Assembly: GCA_965226885.1 (NCBI GenBank)
Contig: CBDDEL010000015.1
Coordinates: 640,001-704,000, forward strand
Length of the DNA: 64,000 bases
Origin: Opitutales bacterium
Lineage (GTDB): Bacteria; Verrucomicrobiota; Verrucomicrobiia; Opitutales; UBA2987
Direction: 5' to 3'
Below are positions 41,580 through 51,533 of this stretch, one piece after another. Each line of letters opens with the position of its first letter. Positions within the stretch are counted from its first letter, which is position 1. The notes under the pieces were generated by a model. The model did not search any database. It saw only the letters and a program-made list of their open reading frames with translations, and was not told the DNA's origin. The position numbers and the translations under genes were made by a program.

Positions 41580-42242
41580 ATGAGTTTTTTCCTCTTTATA
41601 TTAGTCCCAATCATCATCGGCTTGTGGGCGCAGGCGAAAATTTCCGGCACATACCGAAAATATTCCAAAATTTCCTCGCGCAACGGCATTACCGGCCGCG
41701 AGGCGGCCGCCTACGTCATGCAAAGCGCGGGCATCAACAATGTGGAAATCGTCCCGGTGCGGGGCCATCTGACGGACCATTACGACCCGGCCAACAAACG
41801 GCTGGCTTTGAGCGAGGAGAATTTCTCGGGGCACAGCCTGGCCGCTCTCGGGGTGGCCGCTCACGAAGCCGGCCACGCCATCCAGCACGCCACCGGCTAT
41901 AAAGCCCTGCAACTGCGCATGAGCTTGATTCCCATTACTAACATCGCTTCCCGACTGCTACCCTTCGTAATCATCGGGGGCTTCTTTTTTCACATGATGG
42001 GTCTGATCAAGTTGGGCATCCTGGTCTATCTGGTTTTGACCGTCTTTCAATTGGTGACCCTGCCGGTCGAATTCGACGCCAGCCGCCGGGCCAAAAAGAT
42101 CCTGCCAAGTCTCGGAATCATCGACCACGATGAATTACCAGGGGTGGAGAAAACCCTCAACGCCGCCGCTTTCACCTATGTGGCCGCCTTCATTGCCTCC
42201 TTGGGCAACCTGCTTTACCTTTTTATGGTTTCCAGGGACTGA
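41580..42242 (+). CDS. YugP-like membrane zinc metallopeptidase
   Basis: LTDHYDP, AAHEAGHAIQ, TLPVEFDAS.RA. Confidence 0.9.
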   Translation: MSFFLFILVPIIIGLWAQAKISGTYRKYSKISSRNGITGREAAAYVMQSAGINNVEIVPVRGHLTDHYDPANKRLALSEENFSGHSLAALGVAAHEAGHAIQHATGYKALQLRMSLIPITNIASRLLPFVIIGGFFFHMMGLIKLGILVYLVLTVFQLVTLPVEFDASRRAKKILPSLGIIDHDELPGVEKTLNAAAFTYVAAFIASLGNLLYLFMVSRD

Positions 42243-42263
42243 TTTATCACGGTCCCGCAACCA

Positions 42264-43049
42264 TCAAACGATTAAGTCCGGGCGGCCCGCGGCCCAGATT
42301 TCATAGGATAGGGATCTGCCCGCAATGGGAACCAGCTTGACGACGCCTCCGGCTGCTTCCACCAGAGCCATCCCGGCGGCGATATCCCAGAGGTTGACGC
42401 CCTCTTCGTAATAAGCATCCAGCCGGCCCGCCGCCACATAGGTCATGGCAATGGCGGCGCTCCCCAGCATACGCACCTTTTTGTAGCGCTGAATCAATCC
42501 ATTGAGCTTCTCCAAGGCGGGGGTGGATCTATCGGCATTGGCCGGGAAACCGGTCGTAATGGCGGCCTTTTTGATAGTCTCTGCCCAGTCCGATTCGTGT
42601 TTTAATCCGTTGATATGCAGTCCATCCCCGGCTCCTGGGATACCCGTAAAAAGTTCATCCCGGTAAAAATCGTAAATGACCCCGAGAAGCGGTTTTTCAC
42701 CACAAAGGAGCCCGATGCTCACACAGGTCAGGGGCAAATCCCGCAGGTAATTATAAGTGCCGTCCAGCGGGTCGATGACCCAATAAGGCTCCCTACGGTT
42801 GATCAATTCCGCGTCGCCGCCCTCCTCCTCGCCGATAATGGGATAGTCCGCCTCCTCGGTAAAAATGTCGCGGATGAGCTTCTCCGACTCCACATCGGCC
42901 TGTAGTTTGACGTCGTGGGCAAATTCGGCATTGACCGTCCGATAATCATCGGTTCCCGCCAACAGGCGCGCTCCGGCCTCCCTGGCTGCTTTTTCCGCTG
43001 TTTTGAGTAGCGATGGAAGGTCTAAGTTTGGATCGGTATCGGTCTTCAT
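42264..43049 (-). CDS. Inositol monophosphatase (SuhB-like)
   Basis: GEE, WVIDPLDGT.NY, WDIAAG. Confidence 0.92.
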   Translation of the reverse strand: MKTDTDPNLDLPSLLKTAEKAAREAGARLLAGTDDYRTVNAEFAHDVKLQADVESEKLIRDIFTEEADYPIIGEEEGGDAELINRREPYWVIDPLDGTYNYLRDLPLTCVSIGLLCGEKPLLGVIYDFYRDELFTGIPGAGDGLHINGLKHESDWAETIKKAAITTGFPANADRSTPALEKLNGLIQRYKKVRMLGSAAIAMTYVAAGRLDAYYEEGVNLWDIAAGMALVEAAGGVVKLVPIAGRSLSYEIWAAGRPDLIV

Positions 43050-43087
43050 CGTTGGTCAATATCAAGGTTACAGATAAAAAAGGTGTC

Positions 43088-43573
43088 TTAATCTTCAAGG
43101 TCTTCATTTTTATCCTCTACAGCCTGGAATCCCCCCGCCATTGCTTTAATTCCCTCGCTGGTCATGTAGATACAGCCCAGACAGACGGCAAAAGTCAAAA
43201 TCAATGCCACCAGGGACATACCCCAACTCACCTTCATGAAAACTTTGGTCAGGTAAACGCCGGCCAGCAAAAAAAGAATGATTCCCAAAGTCGTTTTCAG
43301 CACTATCTGTATTGTTTCCGAGGCGATTTTCTCCACCAGGTAAATGTCATAGGCTGACAAACCCGCGACAATCACCGCAAATGTTAAAATCATGCCCAAA
43401 AATACGAGGATAAATCCCTGCTTGCTCCCCACCACGAAGGAGGCGATGAGCTTGCCGAAAAGCATTATCGAACCTGCTCCAACCAACAGCAAAGTATTGA
43501 AATGAGGCCCGTCCGGTGCCAGGAACAACAACTGTCCAAGCACCGTTTTAACTGTGTCGATCCAGATTTCCAT
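43088..43573 (-). CDS. Hypothetical membrane protein
   Basis: 161 aa, about 4 hydrophobic segments. Confidence 0.7.
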   Translation of the reverse strand: MEIWIDTVKTVLGQLLFLAPDGPHFNTLLLVGAGSIMLFGKLIASFVVGSKQGFILVFLGMILTFAVIVAGLSAYDIYLVEKIASETIQIVLKTTLGIILFLLAGVYLTKVFMKVSWGMSLVALILTFAVCLGCIYMTSEGIKAMAGGFQAVEDKNEDLED

Positions 43574-43708
43574 CTTTGTCTATATTTAAGTTAAGTTTAA
43601 TCGGAGCGGTGCCTGCTGGATAAGCACAAACTCTCGAAAATCGGTCCGTCTTTCAATCCAATTCCAACGCAATGGCAAAGGCAAACATTCCTATCGGCGG
43701 TGGGCATA

Positions 43709-45319
43709 TCAAAGCTCTCGTTTCATGACAGTGGTATTTTTTGCCTCGGGAAGTTTTTTCGTATAATCGAGAGTGTAATGCAAGCCCCGGCTCTCCTTGC
43801 GCTGGAGGGCGCATTGAACAATCAAATCGGCTACCTCTATCATATTTCTCAGTTCCAGCAAACGCGGTTCCACCTTGAAATTCCAGTAATAGTCGTAAAT
43901 TTCGTTTTTCAGGTTCTGAATACGAGCCCGGGCCCGTTCCAGGCGCTTGGTCGTGCGCACGATGCCCACATAATCCCACATCGTGCGTCGCAGTTCATCC
44001 CAGTTATGGGAAAGGACCACCCGCTCATCGCTGTCCTCCGCATCGCCGTCCACCCATTCTGGCGGAACCACTGATTCCAGCTCGTGTTTTTTCAAATAAT
44101 CGACCACCGCGAGGGATCCCCGGTGAGCCATCACGACTGCTTCCAGCAGCGAATTACTGGCCAGCCGATTGGCCCCGTGCAACCCCGTGCAGGCCACCTC
44201 TCCACAGGCATAAAGACCGGGCAGGCTGGTTTCGGAGGACATATTGGTGCTCACCCCGCCGCACAGATAATGGGCCGCTGGCACCACCGGAATCAAATCC
44301 GTCGCCATATTGATTCCGTGCCGGGTGCAGACCTCGAAAATATTCGGAAAACGATCCTGCAGCACCTCTTCCGGATGCCCCGTGATATCCAGCCAGAGAT
44401 GCCGCGCGCCGGACTGCTTCATCTCGCTGTCGATGGCCCGCGCCACGATGTCTCGCGGTGCCAGGTCGGCCCGCGCGTGGTGCTGTTTCATAAACGGCTG
44501 GCGGTCCGCATTGCGCAAAATTGCACCCTCCCCCCGGACCGCTTCGCTGATCAGGAATCGATCGCCGCTGATGCTGTAAAGAGAAGTCGGGTGAAACTGG
44601 ACAAACTCCATATTGGCCACTTTCACTCCGGCCCGGTAGGCCATGGCAATGCCGTCGCCGGTGGCGATATCGGGATTGGTCGTAAATTGGTAAACCTGCC
44701 CCAATCCCCCCGTTGTCAGCATCACAACCGGTGCCCGGAAAACCTCCACCCGCCCCTTGAGGACATCTAGGGCATAGAGGCCAATCACGCCATCGCCCTC
44801 ATCGTGGACGGCAAAACCGCTCTTCGTCAGCCTATTTTGCGTAATCAAGTCGATGGCGAAAAAATGCTCCAGCACGGTAATAAAATTATTGCGCGCAGTC
44901 GCCCTCAAAAGGGCTGATTCGATGGCCTTACCGGTGATATCCTTGACATGGAGGACTCGCCGGTGGGAGTGCCCGCCTTCCCGTCCCAGGGAAGGGGAGC
45001 CATCCTCCAATTGGGAAAAATGCACCCCGATATCGATCAACTCCTTCACCCGGGCCGGCCCCTCCCTGATGATCTCCTCAACCGAAACCGCATCGCACAA
45101 ACCATCCCCGGACTCCAAAGTATCCTCCAGATGGCTCTGAAAATCATCATTCTGAGCGGTCACGCAAGCAATGCCGCCCTGGGCGTAATTGGTATTGGAA
45201 GCGGCCCGATTCTTCTTCGTCAAAATAGCCACACTGCGCCCCGCCGAAGCCACCTGCAAAGCAAAGCTCAACCCGGCAATCCCGCTACCCACCACAATAA
45301 CATCAAAATTTCTGCTCAT
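43709..45319 (-). CDS. nadB: L-aspartate oxidase
   Basis: GSGIAG, NTNYAQGGIA, EGGHSHRR, QFHPT, GLHGANRLASNSLLE, ESRGLHY. Confidence 0.96.
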   Translation of the reverse strand: MSRNFDVIVVGSGIAGLSFALQVASAGRSVAILTKKNRAASNTNYAQGGIACVTAQNDDFQSHLEDTLESGDGLCDAVSVEEIIREGPARVKELIDIGVHFSQLEDGSPSLGREGGHSHRRVLHVKDITGKAIESALLRATARNNFITVLEHFFAIDLITQNRLTKSGFAVHDEGDGVIGLYALDVLKGRVEVFRAPVVMLTTGGLGQVYQFTTNPDIATGDGIAMAYRAGVKVANMEFVQFHPTSLYSISGDRFLISEAVRGEGAILRNADRQPFMKQHHARADLAPRDIVARAIDSEMKQSGARHLWLDITGHPEEVLQDRFPNIFEVCTRHGINMATDLIPVVPAAHYLCGGVSTNMSSETSLPGLYACGEVACTGLHGANRLASNSLLEAVVMAHRGSLAVVDYLKKHELESVVPPEWVDGDAEDSDERVVLSHNWDELRRTMWDYVGIVRTTKRLERARARIQNLKNEIYDYYWNFKVEPRLLELRNMIEVADLIVQCALQRKESRGLHYTLDYTKKLPEAKNTTVMKREL

Positions 45320-45836
45320 CGTTCAAACAATCCATACATTAAAAATTCAGCCATCAACCATCAATCCATCCAAACACTTATTCAATACCAAACCCAAACA
45401 CCCAGCATCCACCATCCAATATCCGTGTAATCCGTTGTAAAAAATATTCTATCCAGCATCATGCATCCAGTATCCAATATCTGTGTTAATAAATCCATAT
45501 TCGGCAGTGACTATACCACAAAATCCAAAAAAACACAATAGATACGTTGGCTCCGTTTGATGCGTTTGAATAAACCTTCAAAAAATCAGAAAATCCCAAA
45601 AAAATGCGCCAAAATGTCCCACCAAAAGCAACTCCAACTCACAATTTCCCGCACAAAACACCCAAAATCCAACATCTCCGTGCCTCAGTACCCCTGAGAG
45701 GAATTATTTCAACATCAACCAACAAATCAGCAGCCAGTAACCTCCCCAACTTCACCCTCGCTTAAACAAATCTTGCTATGACACAAACTTTTGTTAAATT
45801 AGGGCTCTAAATTAAACCCAAACAATTCACCGAACT

Positions 45837-46561
45837 ATGGAATCACATACTAATTTAAGTGTCATTTTTGATAATTCAAACGAACCAGTAAATTCAACTG
45901 ATTTAGCAGACTTCTTATATTTGTCAGGGCGATCTATGGAGTAGCGACAGAACTTTTTCCAGATCAAAAGCTTCAAGACGCACTCGATAAGGATTTTTTG
46001 CTTAAAGATCAATTAATTGCACATTTTAACGAACATTTAAGCGGGCTCGACAACGCATCTAAATCAGAATATTTCTCGTTAGATATTAAATATTATGATT
46101 TGTCGATAGAATCAATAAATAAATAAAGTCCATTTGAAATTATTTTTGTTGGTCTCGCTCTACCACTGGTAATTGCTGTTATTTTATCGGGAGGAGAAAT
46201 CAAAATTCCATTTACAAAAGTTAAATTAAATCCAATCGGTTATGGGATAAAAATGTTGCGTGAGGCATTACAAGTACAACCAGAATTCAAGACTGGCTTC
46301 ACAATTAAGTCGAAAAAAAAACAATTAAATCCGGAGGAATATAAAGAACTTTTTTCTCATGATCCTTCAGAGTATTACAAGGGTGGATTTCAAAAGTTTT
46401 TTGCACGACTTCAACTGAAAACCGATTCTAAATCTAATATTATCTCATTGAATGATAAAGATATTGAATTCATTTCAAAGCACGGGAAGGACCCAAAAAT
46501 AGGAGGTTGGCAGAAATCCCTTCGAAGGATTTTTGATAGACACTTTGATTTTGAAGAATAA
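45837..46561 (+). pseudogene. AT-rich hypothetical gene (one TM plus a small C-terminal domain) with a frameshift near 45922 and an in-frame TAA at 46124-46126
   Basis: Manual translation: MESHTNLSVIFD...DFLYL / RAIYGVATEL...SINK*SPFEIIFVGLALPLVIAVIL... continues in frame into ORF 46253..46561. Confidence 0.55.
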
Positions 46562-46572
46562 GTAAACTGGAT

Positions 46573-46848
46573 ATGCCAAAGGTTCGATTAAACAAAGATG
46601 AAATTGCTTTGGTTTTGGGAATCAAGCTCAATTCCATTAAAGATCAAGATTTTCGAGATCTCATATACAGGATGTTGCTACTCCTTGACGAAGACACAGG
46701 TGAATTCGAAATCCCCGGGGAGATGTGGGACGAAATTCGACAATTCGCATTTTCATCGGGAAACCCCGATTGGGAAAGGTTTCTTGTATCTGTATTCGGT
46801 CGCACATTGGGAAAATATTTGGATCTCGGGTTTTCAGATAATTTATGA
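46573..46848 (+). CDS. Small hypothetical protein resembling the C-terminal domain of the upstream gene
   Basis: Shared pattern LN..E...F...L...D......I...I......W...L..(I/V)F.R. Confidence 0.65.
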   Translation: MPKVRLNKDEIALVLGIKLNSIKDQDFRDLIYRMLLLLDEDTGEFEIPGEMWDEIRQFAFSSGNPDWERFLVSVFGRTLGKYLDLGFSDNL

Positions 46849-46891
46849 TTTTTTTCTTGTACTACGATAATAATTCATTATTTTCGAGGGT

Positions 46892-47767
46892 ATGACTAAA
46901 AAAATATCTAAAAATTCATATAATTTTTTCAATGTTGATTGCCTTGTTGGAATGAAAGATGTTCAACAAAATTCAGTTGATATCGTAGTAACTTCACCAC
47001 CATACAATATTGGTATTGGTTACAGAAGTTACAATGATAGCCTGAGTGCCGAGGAATATCTGGAATGGTCCGATAGCTGGGCAAAGGAAATACATCGATT
47101 ATTGAAAGATGATGGTTCCTTTTTTCTTAATATTGGTGCTCCTCCCTCGAATCCAATGTTACCACATGAAATTGCTATCCGATTTAGTAAATACTTTCAC
47201 CTTCAAAATACATTTCATTGGATAAAATCCATTTCCATTGAAACGAAAGATGGAGAGTTAATTTCTACTGGACATTTTAAACCAATTAATTCCCAAAGGT
47301 ATGTCAGCGATTGCCACGAGTACGTTTTTCATTTTACAAAATCGGGTAATACGCCTCTCCAAAGATTAAATATCGGCGTACCTTACAAAGACAAAAGCAA
47401 TATAAATCGTTGGAAACACACAGATGGACATGATAAACGTTGCCGTGGAAATACATGGTTTATTCCTTATAAGACGATTTATAATAAAAAGCTTCAAAGG
47501 CCACATCCTGCAACTTTTCCTACTCAGTTAGCAAAGTATTGCATATTGCTACATGGAATTGATCGAAAAACTGTTGTTATGGATCCATTCTTAGGATTGG
47601 GAAGTTCGGCAATTGCCGCATTTGAATGCAATGTTAGGTTCTTTTACGGATATGACATTGAGTTAGAATATCTTGAATATGCAGTAGCTGATCTAAAAGA
47701 TAAATGTAATTCCTCATTAATGTTAGAATTAGCAACTCCGAAGGAATTTATTCCTAAAGCTGTCTAA
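46892..47767 (+). CDS. Beta-class N4-cytosine DNA methyltransferase, orphan; resembles M.MjaV/M.RsaI-type enzymes
   Basis: TSPPY motif IV precedes HPATFP and DPFLGLGS motif I; GHFKPINS, IGVPY.DKSNI and RGNTWFIPY segments recalled from the M.MjaV family. Confidence 0.9.
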   Translation: MTKKISKNSYNFFNVDCLVGMKDVQQNSVDIVVTSPPYNIGIGYRSYNDSLSAEEYLEWSDSWAKEIHRLLKDDGSFFLNIGAPPSNPMLPHEIAIRFSKYFHLQNTFHWIKSISIETKDGELISTGHFKPINSQRYVSDCHEYVFHFTKSGNTPLQRLNIGVPYKDKSNINRWKHTDGHDKRCRGNTWFIPYKTIYNKKLQRPHPATFPTQLAKYCILLHGIDRKTVVMDPFLGLGSSAIAAFECNVRFFYGYDIELEYLEYAVADLKDKCNSSLMLELATPKEFIPKAV

Positions 47768-47907
47768 GTCTTTTACTTTTTTGCCGGATTAAAATCGATT
47801 TGTGCTTGCCCTGGCGGGTGTCGGTGTCTGTGCCTTTTTAGGACGATACTTGAATTTTTTGATAAATAAGCTTGAATAACTGTGCTTGAAAGGAGTGTTT
47901 CTTCCCC

Positions 47908-49128
47908 GTGATCCGAATTAATGATAACTACCTGAAGTTGAAAGCTTCCTATTTGTTTGCCGATATTGCCCGGCGGGTGCAGGCCCATCAGGAGGCGCAT
48001 CCGCAGACGGAAATCATAAAACTGGGCATCGGCGATGTGACCGAGCCGCTCCCGCTGGCTTGCCGGGAGGCTTTCCACAAGGCCGTTGACGATTTGGGCC
48101 GCCGGGAATCTTTCCACGGCTACGGACCGGAACAGGGCTACTCGTTTTTGCGAGAAGCCATTGCCGAAAATGATTACCAAAGCCGCGGGACCGACATTTC
48201 GGCGGACGAAATTTTTATCAGCGACGGAGCGAAATGCGACTCCGGCAACATCCAGGAAATTTTTGCCCAGGACACCACCATAGCCGTAACGGATCCGGTC
48301 TATCCGGTCTATGTAGATACCAACGTCATGGCGGGCCGCACCGGTTCCTGCGTCAAGGGCCATTATGAAAACCTCGTTTACCTAGAATCTACCTCGGAAA
48401 ACGACTACATGCCCAGCCTACCCGAGCGGCCGGTGGACCTCATTTACCTCTGTTTTCCCAACAACCCGACCGGTACCACCGCCACGGCGCAGCAATTGCA
48501 GCAATGGGTCGATTACGCGCGCGAAAACAACGCTGTCATCCTCTTCGATGCCGCCTATGAATCCTTTATTCGGGACGACTCCCTGCCCCACTCCATTTAC
48601 GAGATCGAAGGGGCGCGGCAAACGGCAATCGAGTTCCGCAGTTTCTCCAAAAACGCCGGATTCACCGGTACCCGATGCGCCTTCACTGTGGTCCCAAAAG
48701 AATTGACGGCCAAAGATTCCCAAGGAATTGAGCAATCCCTGCACTCCATGTGGTCGCGCCGCCAATCGACCAAAACCAACGGCGTCTCCTACCCCGTGCA
48801 AAAAGCGGCCGCGGCCGCTTATACGAAAGAGGGTCGCCGGGAAATAACGCAATTGGTCGATTATTATCTGGGCAACGCGCGAATGATTCTGGAAAAGATG
48901 ACCTCGCGCGGTTTCACTTGCGCGGGGGGAGAAAATTCACCCTATATCTGGATCAACACGGGCGGAGATTCGTGGGATTTTTTCGATTTGCTGCTCAACA
49001 AAGCGGGCGTTGTCTGCACGCCGGGCGTCGGCTTCGGCAATTGCGGGCAAGGACACATCCGGCTGAGCGCCTTTAACAAAAAGGAAAGCATTGCCGAGGC
49101 ATTGGAGCGCATCTCCTCGGTTTTATAA
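47908..49128 (+). CDS. dapL: LL-diaminopimelate aminotransferase
   Basis: [45 protein letters not shown]. Confidence 0.95.
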   Translation: MIRINDNYLKLKASYLFADIARRVQAHQEAHPQTEIIKLGIGDVTEPLPLACREAFHKAVDDLGRRESFHGYGPEQGYSFLREAIAENDYQSRGTDISADEIFISDGAKCDSGNIQEIFAQDTTIAVTDPVYPVYVDTNVMAGRTGSCVKGHYENLVYLESTSENDYMPSLPERPVDLIYLCFPNNPTGTTATAQQLQQWVDYARENNAVILFDAAYESFIRDDSLPHSIYEIEGARQTAIEFRSFSKNAGFTGTRCAFTVVPKELTAKDSQGIEQSLHSMWSRRQSTKTNGVSYPVQKAAAAAYTKEGRREITQLVDYYLGNARMILEKMTSRGFTCAGGENSPYIWINTGGDSWDFFDLLLNKAGVVCTPGVGFGNCGQGHIRLSAFNKKESIAEALERISSVL

Positions 49129-49155
49129 TCCGCCAAAAATTGGTCCACCGACTTG

Positions 49156-49434
49156 CTATTCCGTTTTTTCGGTAATCTTGGAAGAGCACTTTCCCACCAG
49201 GCAATTATAAAGCCAGGCAAAGATCGCTCCTCCAACTAGGCCATCGACCAAACCGTAGCCCAACCCGATCAGGCTGCCCACCGGACTCACGCAATAACCG
49301 GGATAAATACGCCCGATAAAAGTGATATCGCCGGTCGAGCCTTCCCGCAAGATGAGCCACCAAGTAGTCATGAACAAACTGAGGCCCCAAAATATTCCGG
49401 CCGCCAGCGCAAATGCTTTAAGGTTTAATTTCAT
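49156..49434 (-). CDS. Small two-TM membrane protein (holin-like family)
   Basis: KAFALAAGIFWG...IYPGY..SP.GS.IG...DG..GG..FAWLYN; no phage context. Confidence 0.65.
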   Translation of the reverse strand: MKLNLKAFALAAGIFWGLSLFMTTWWLILREGSTGDITFIGRIYPGYCVSPVGSLIGLGYGLVDGLVGGAIFAWLYNCLVGKCSSKITEKTE

Positions 49435-49562
49435 TACAGCTGCCTTTCGATATTTGAATCCATTTGTCGTCAACCGGAAAACGCTTTTCCCGATTAAACC
49501 GCTTGCCCTAACATAATGGAGGTTTTACGACCCGTCAAACCGGGAAAAAAACAATCAATCAA

Positions 49563-50612
49563 TCAAATCCGCTCGATGATGCGTTCAGTAAGGCTTTCCG
49601 TCGTTTCGCTGCCACCGATATCCGGTGTGCCCAATTCCGCCGCCAGGGTTTGCTCGACAGCGCGTTTAACAGTCTCCGCGGCAGCCTCCTGCCCCAGCCA
49701 TTCGAGCATCATGGCCCCGCTTAAGATGGCCCCCACGGGATTGGCGATACCCTTGCCGGCAATATCGGGAGCCGAACCGTGAACCGGCTCGAAAAGCGAT
49801 GGAAAGCGCCGCTCGGGGTCGAGATTGGCCGATGGGTTGATGCCCAGACTACCCGTGATCGCCCCGGTCAGGTCCGTTAATATATCGCCGAACAGATTGC
49901 TCGCCACCACCACATCGAATTCGGACGGACGGAGTACAAATTTCATGGTTGAGGCATCCACATGCAGTTTTTCAACCTCCACCTCGGAGAATTGAGGGCT
50001 AATTTCCTCCAGAATCTCATCCCACAGCACATACCCGTAAGCCAGGGCGTTGGACTTGGTAACTAGAGTCAATTTCTTGCCCCGCGTCAAAGCCAGATCG
50101 AACGAAAATCGCAGGATGCGCTCAATCCCCCTACGGGTGTGCAATGCCGTCTGCAATGCGGTTTCCTCCGGTTTTCCACGGTGGAACCGGCCGCCAAGAT
50201 TGACGTATTCGCCTTCCGAGTTTTCCCGAACCACCACCATATCAATCGGTTTATCGTCACGCAACGGGCTGGAAATACCGGCAAAGGTGCGCGCCGGCCG
50301 CACACAGGCGTAGAGATCGAATTGCTGCCGGATTTGAATTATCGGAACCAAGGTAACATGATCCGGCAGTCGCTCCGGCCAGCCGATTGCACCCAGAAAA
50401 ATAGCGTCAAAAGGCCGCAGGCGCTCGATAAAATCCTCGGGAACAATGTATCCATGAGTTTCATAATATTTCACACTCCAGTCGAACCGCTCATATTCCA
50501 GGGCAAAGCCGCCCATTTTACCCTGCGCGGCATCCAGCACCCGGATGGCAGCCTCTGAAACATCGACCCCGATCCCGTCCCCGGGATAATGAGCAATCCT
50601 AAAAGTATCCAT
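49563..50612 (-). CDS. Tartrate/isopropylmalate dehydrogenase-family protein
   Basis: PGDGIG, VRENSEGEY, NLFGDILTD, FEPVHGSAPDIAGKG.ANP. Confidence 0.9.
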   Translation of the reverse strand: MDTFRIAHYPGDGIGVDVSEAAIRVLDAAQGKMGGFALEYERFDWSVKYYETHGYIVPEDFIERLRPFDAIFLGAIGWPERLPDHVTLVPIIQIRQQFDLYACVRPARTFAGISSPLRDDKPIDMVVVRENSEGEYVNLGGRFHRGKPEETALQTALHTRRGIERILRFSFDLALTRGKKLTLVTKSNALAYGYVLWDEILEEISPQFSEVEVEKLHVDASTMKFVLRPSEFDVVVASNLFGDILTDLTGAITGSLGINPSANLDPERRFPSLFEPVHGSAPDIAGKGIANPVGAILSGAMMLEWLGQEAAAETVKRAVEQTLAAELGTPDIGGSETTESLTERIIERI

Positions 50613-51533
50613 AACCAACCATTGAATAAAAAAATCCGCCCTCGGCAATACAAGATTCGAAGACTGTGATTCGACCTCTTAACTCCTTTCGCAACACCCG
50701 TGAAGAAATAAGGGTTGTTCGACGTTTGTGGATTCGGTTGCGTGTAAATATATTCTTTGCCGTTTGGCGATAGTCATCAATTTTCAATTTCGGATTGCCT
50801 GGTCTTCGGACTCGCGGCTATGGTGGCCGCCTCATCCTGCCAGGAGGTTCACTCATATTGAATATTTCTATGATGCCCACTTTTTCCAGTGCACATCACA
50901 CGATGCAGGATGCATGATTCTATATGTTTGATGGGTAGGTAGAGGTACAGTCAGGACATCGTTTACGGAAATAGATCAAGACATGGTACTTGCACCGGTC
51001 CTAAAAAAGTTGTTCAAACCTCATTGCAAAACCTATCAGGTCTGTTATCAAATTATTTTTCCATAGTAATTATCTGATATCAAAATAACCGATGAAACCG
51101 TTACCCAAAGACCTACAAACGTCAAAAAAATGCCTTGATGAATTTTTCGAAGTAACCGAAAGAGTTTTGGGTTATTTGCCTAACCCGGATATTTCGTAAA
51201 AAAAGTATCGTTGATATGCTTAACTGCTGATATACAGCAGGATAGATCAATAATTAAAGCAATATCAGCGATGACAAAAGGTAAACAATTAAAGCTACAG
51301 TTGACAAGGGTAAAAGGCCGCCGTGTGCGGGTTGATTTCAAGGGCGGAGAGGTTACTTCGGATGCCGGACTGCTTTTGATCCGGGAAGTGGATCGGCAGT
51401 TGGGCTTGACCGAACGAGCGGCCCGACAGTTAGTGGACAAACGGCAGAAGGGCAAAGTACGCCATGAGGTATTGGGGATGCTGCGGCAGCGCGTTTACGG
51501 GCTGGTGGCGGGCTATGAGGATTTGAACGACTT

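Noticed and set aside
44950..48050. Replication origin as the cause of the skew switch
   Set aside because: The skew decays within about 1 kb and recurs at several sites in 64 kb; no dnaA gene or DnaA-box cluster was noticed
49156..49434. Prophage remnant
   Set aside because: The holin-like gene is isolated, with no endolysin, integrase or structural genes
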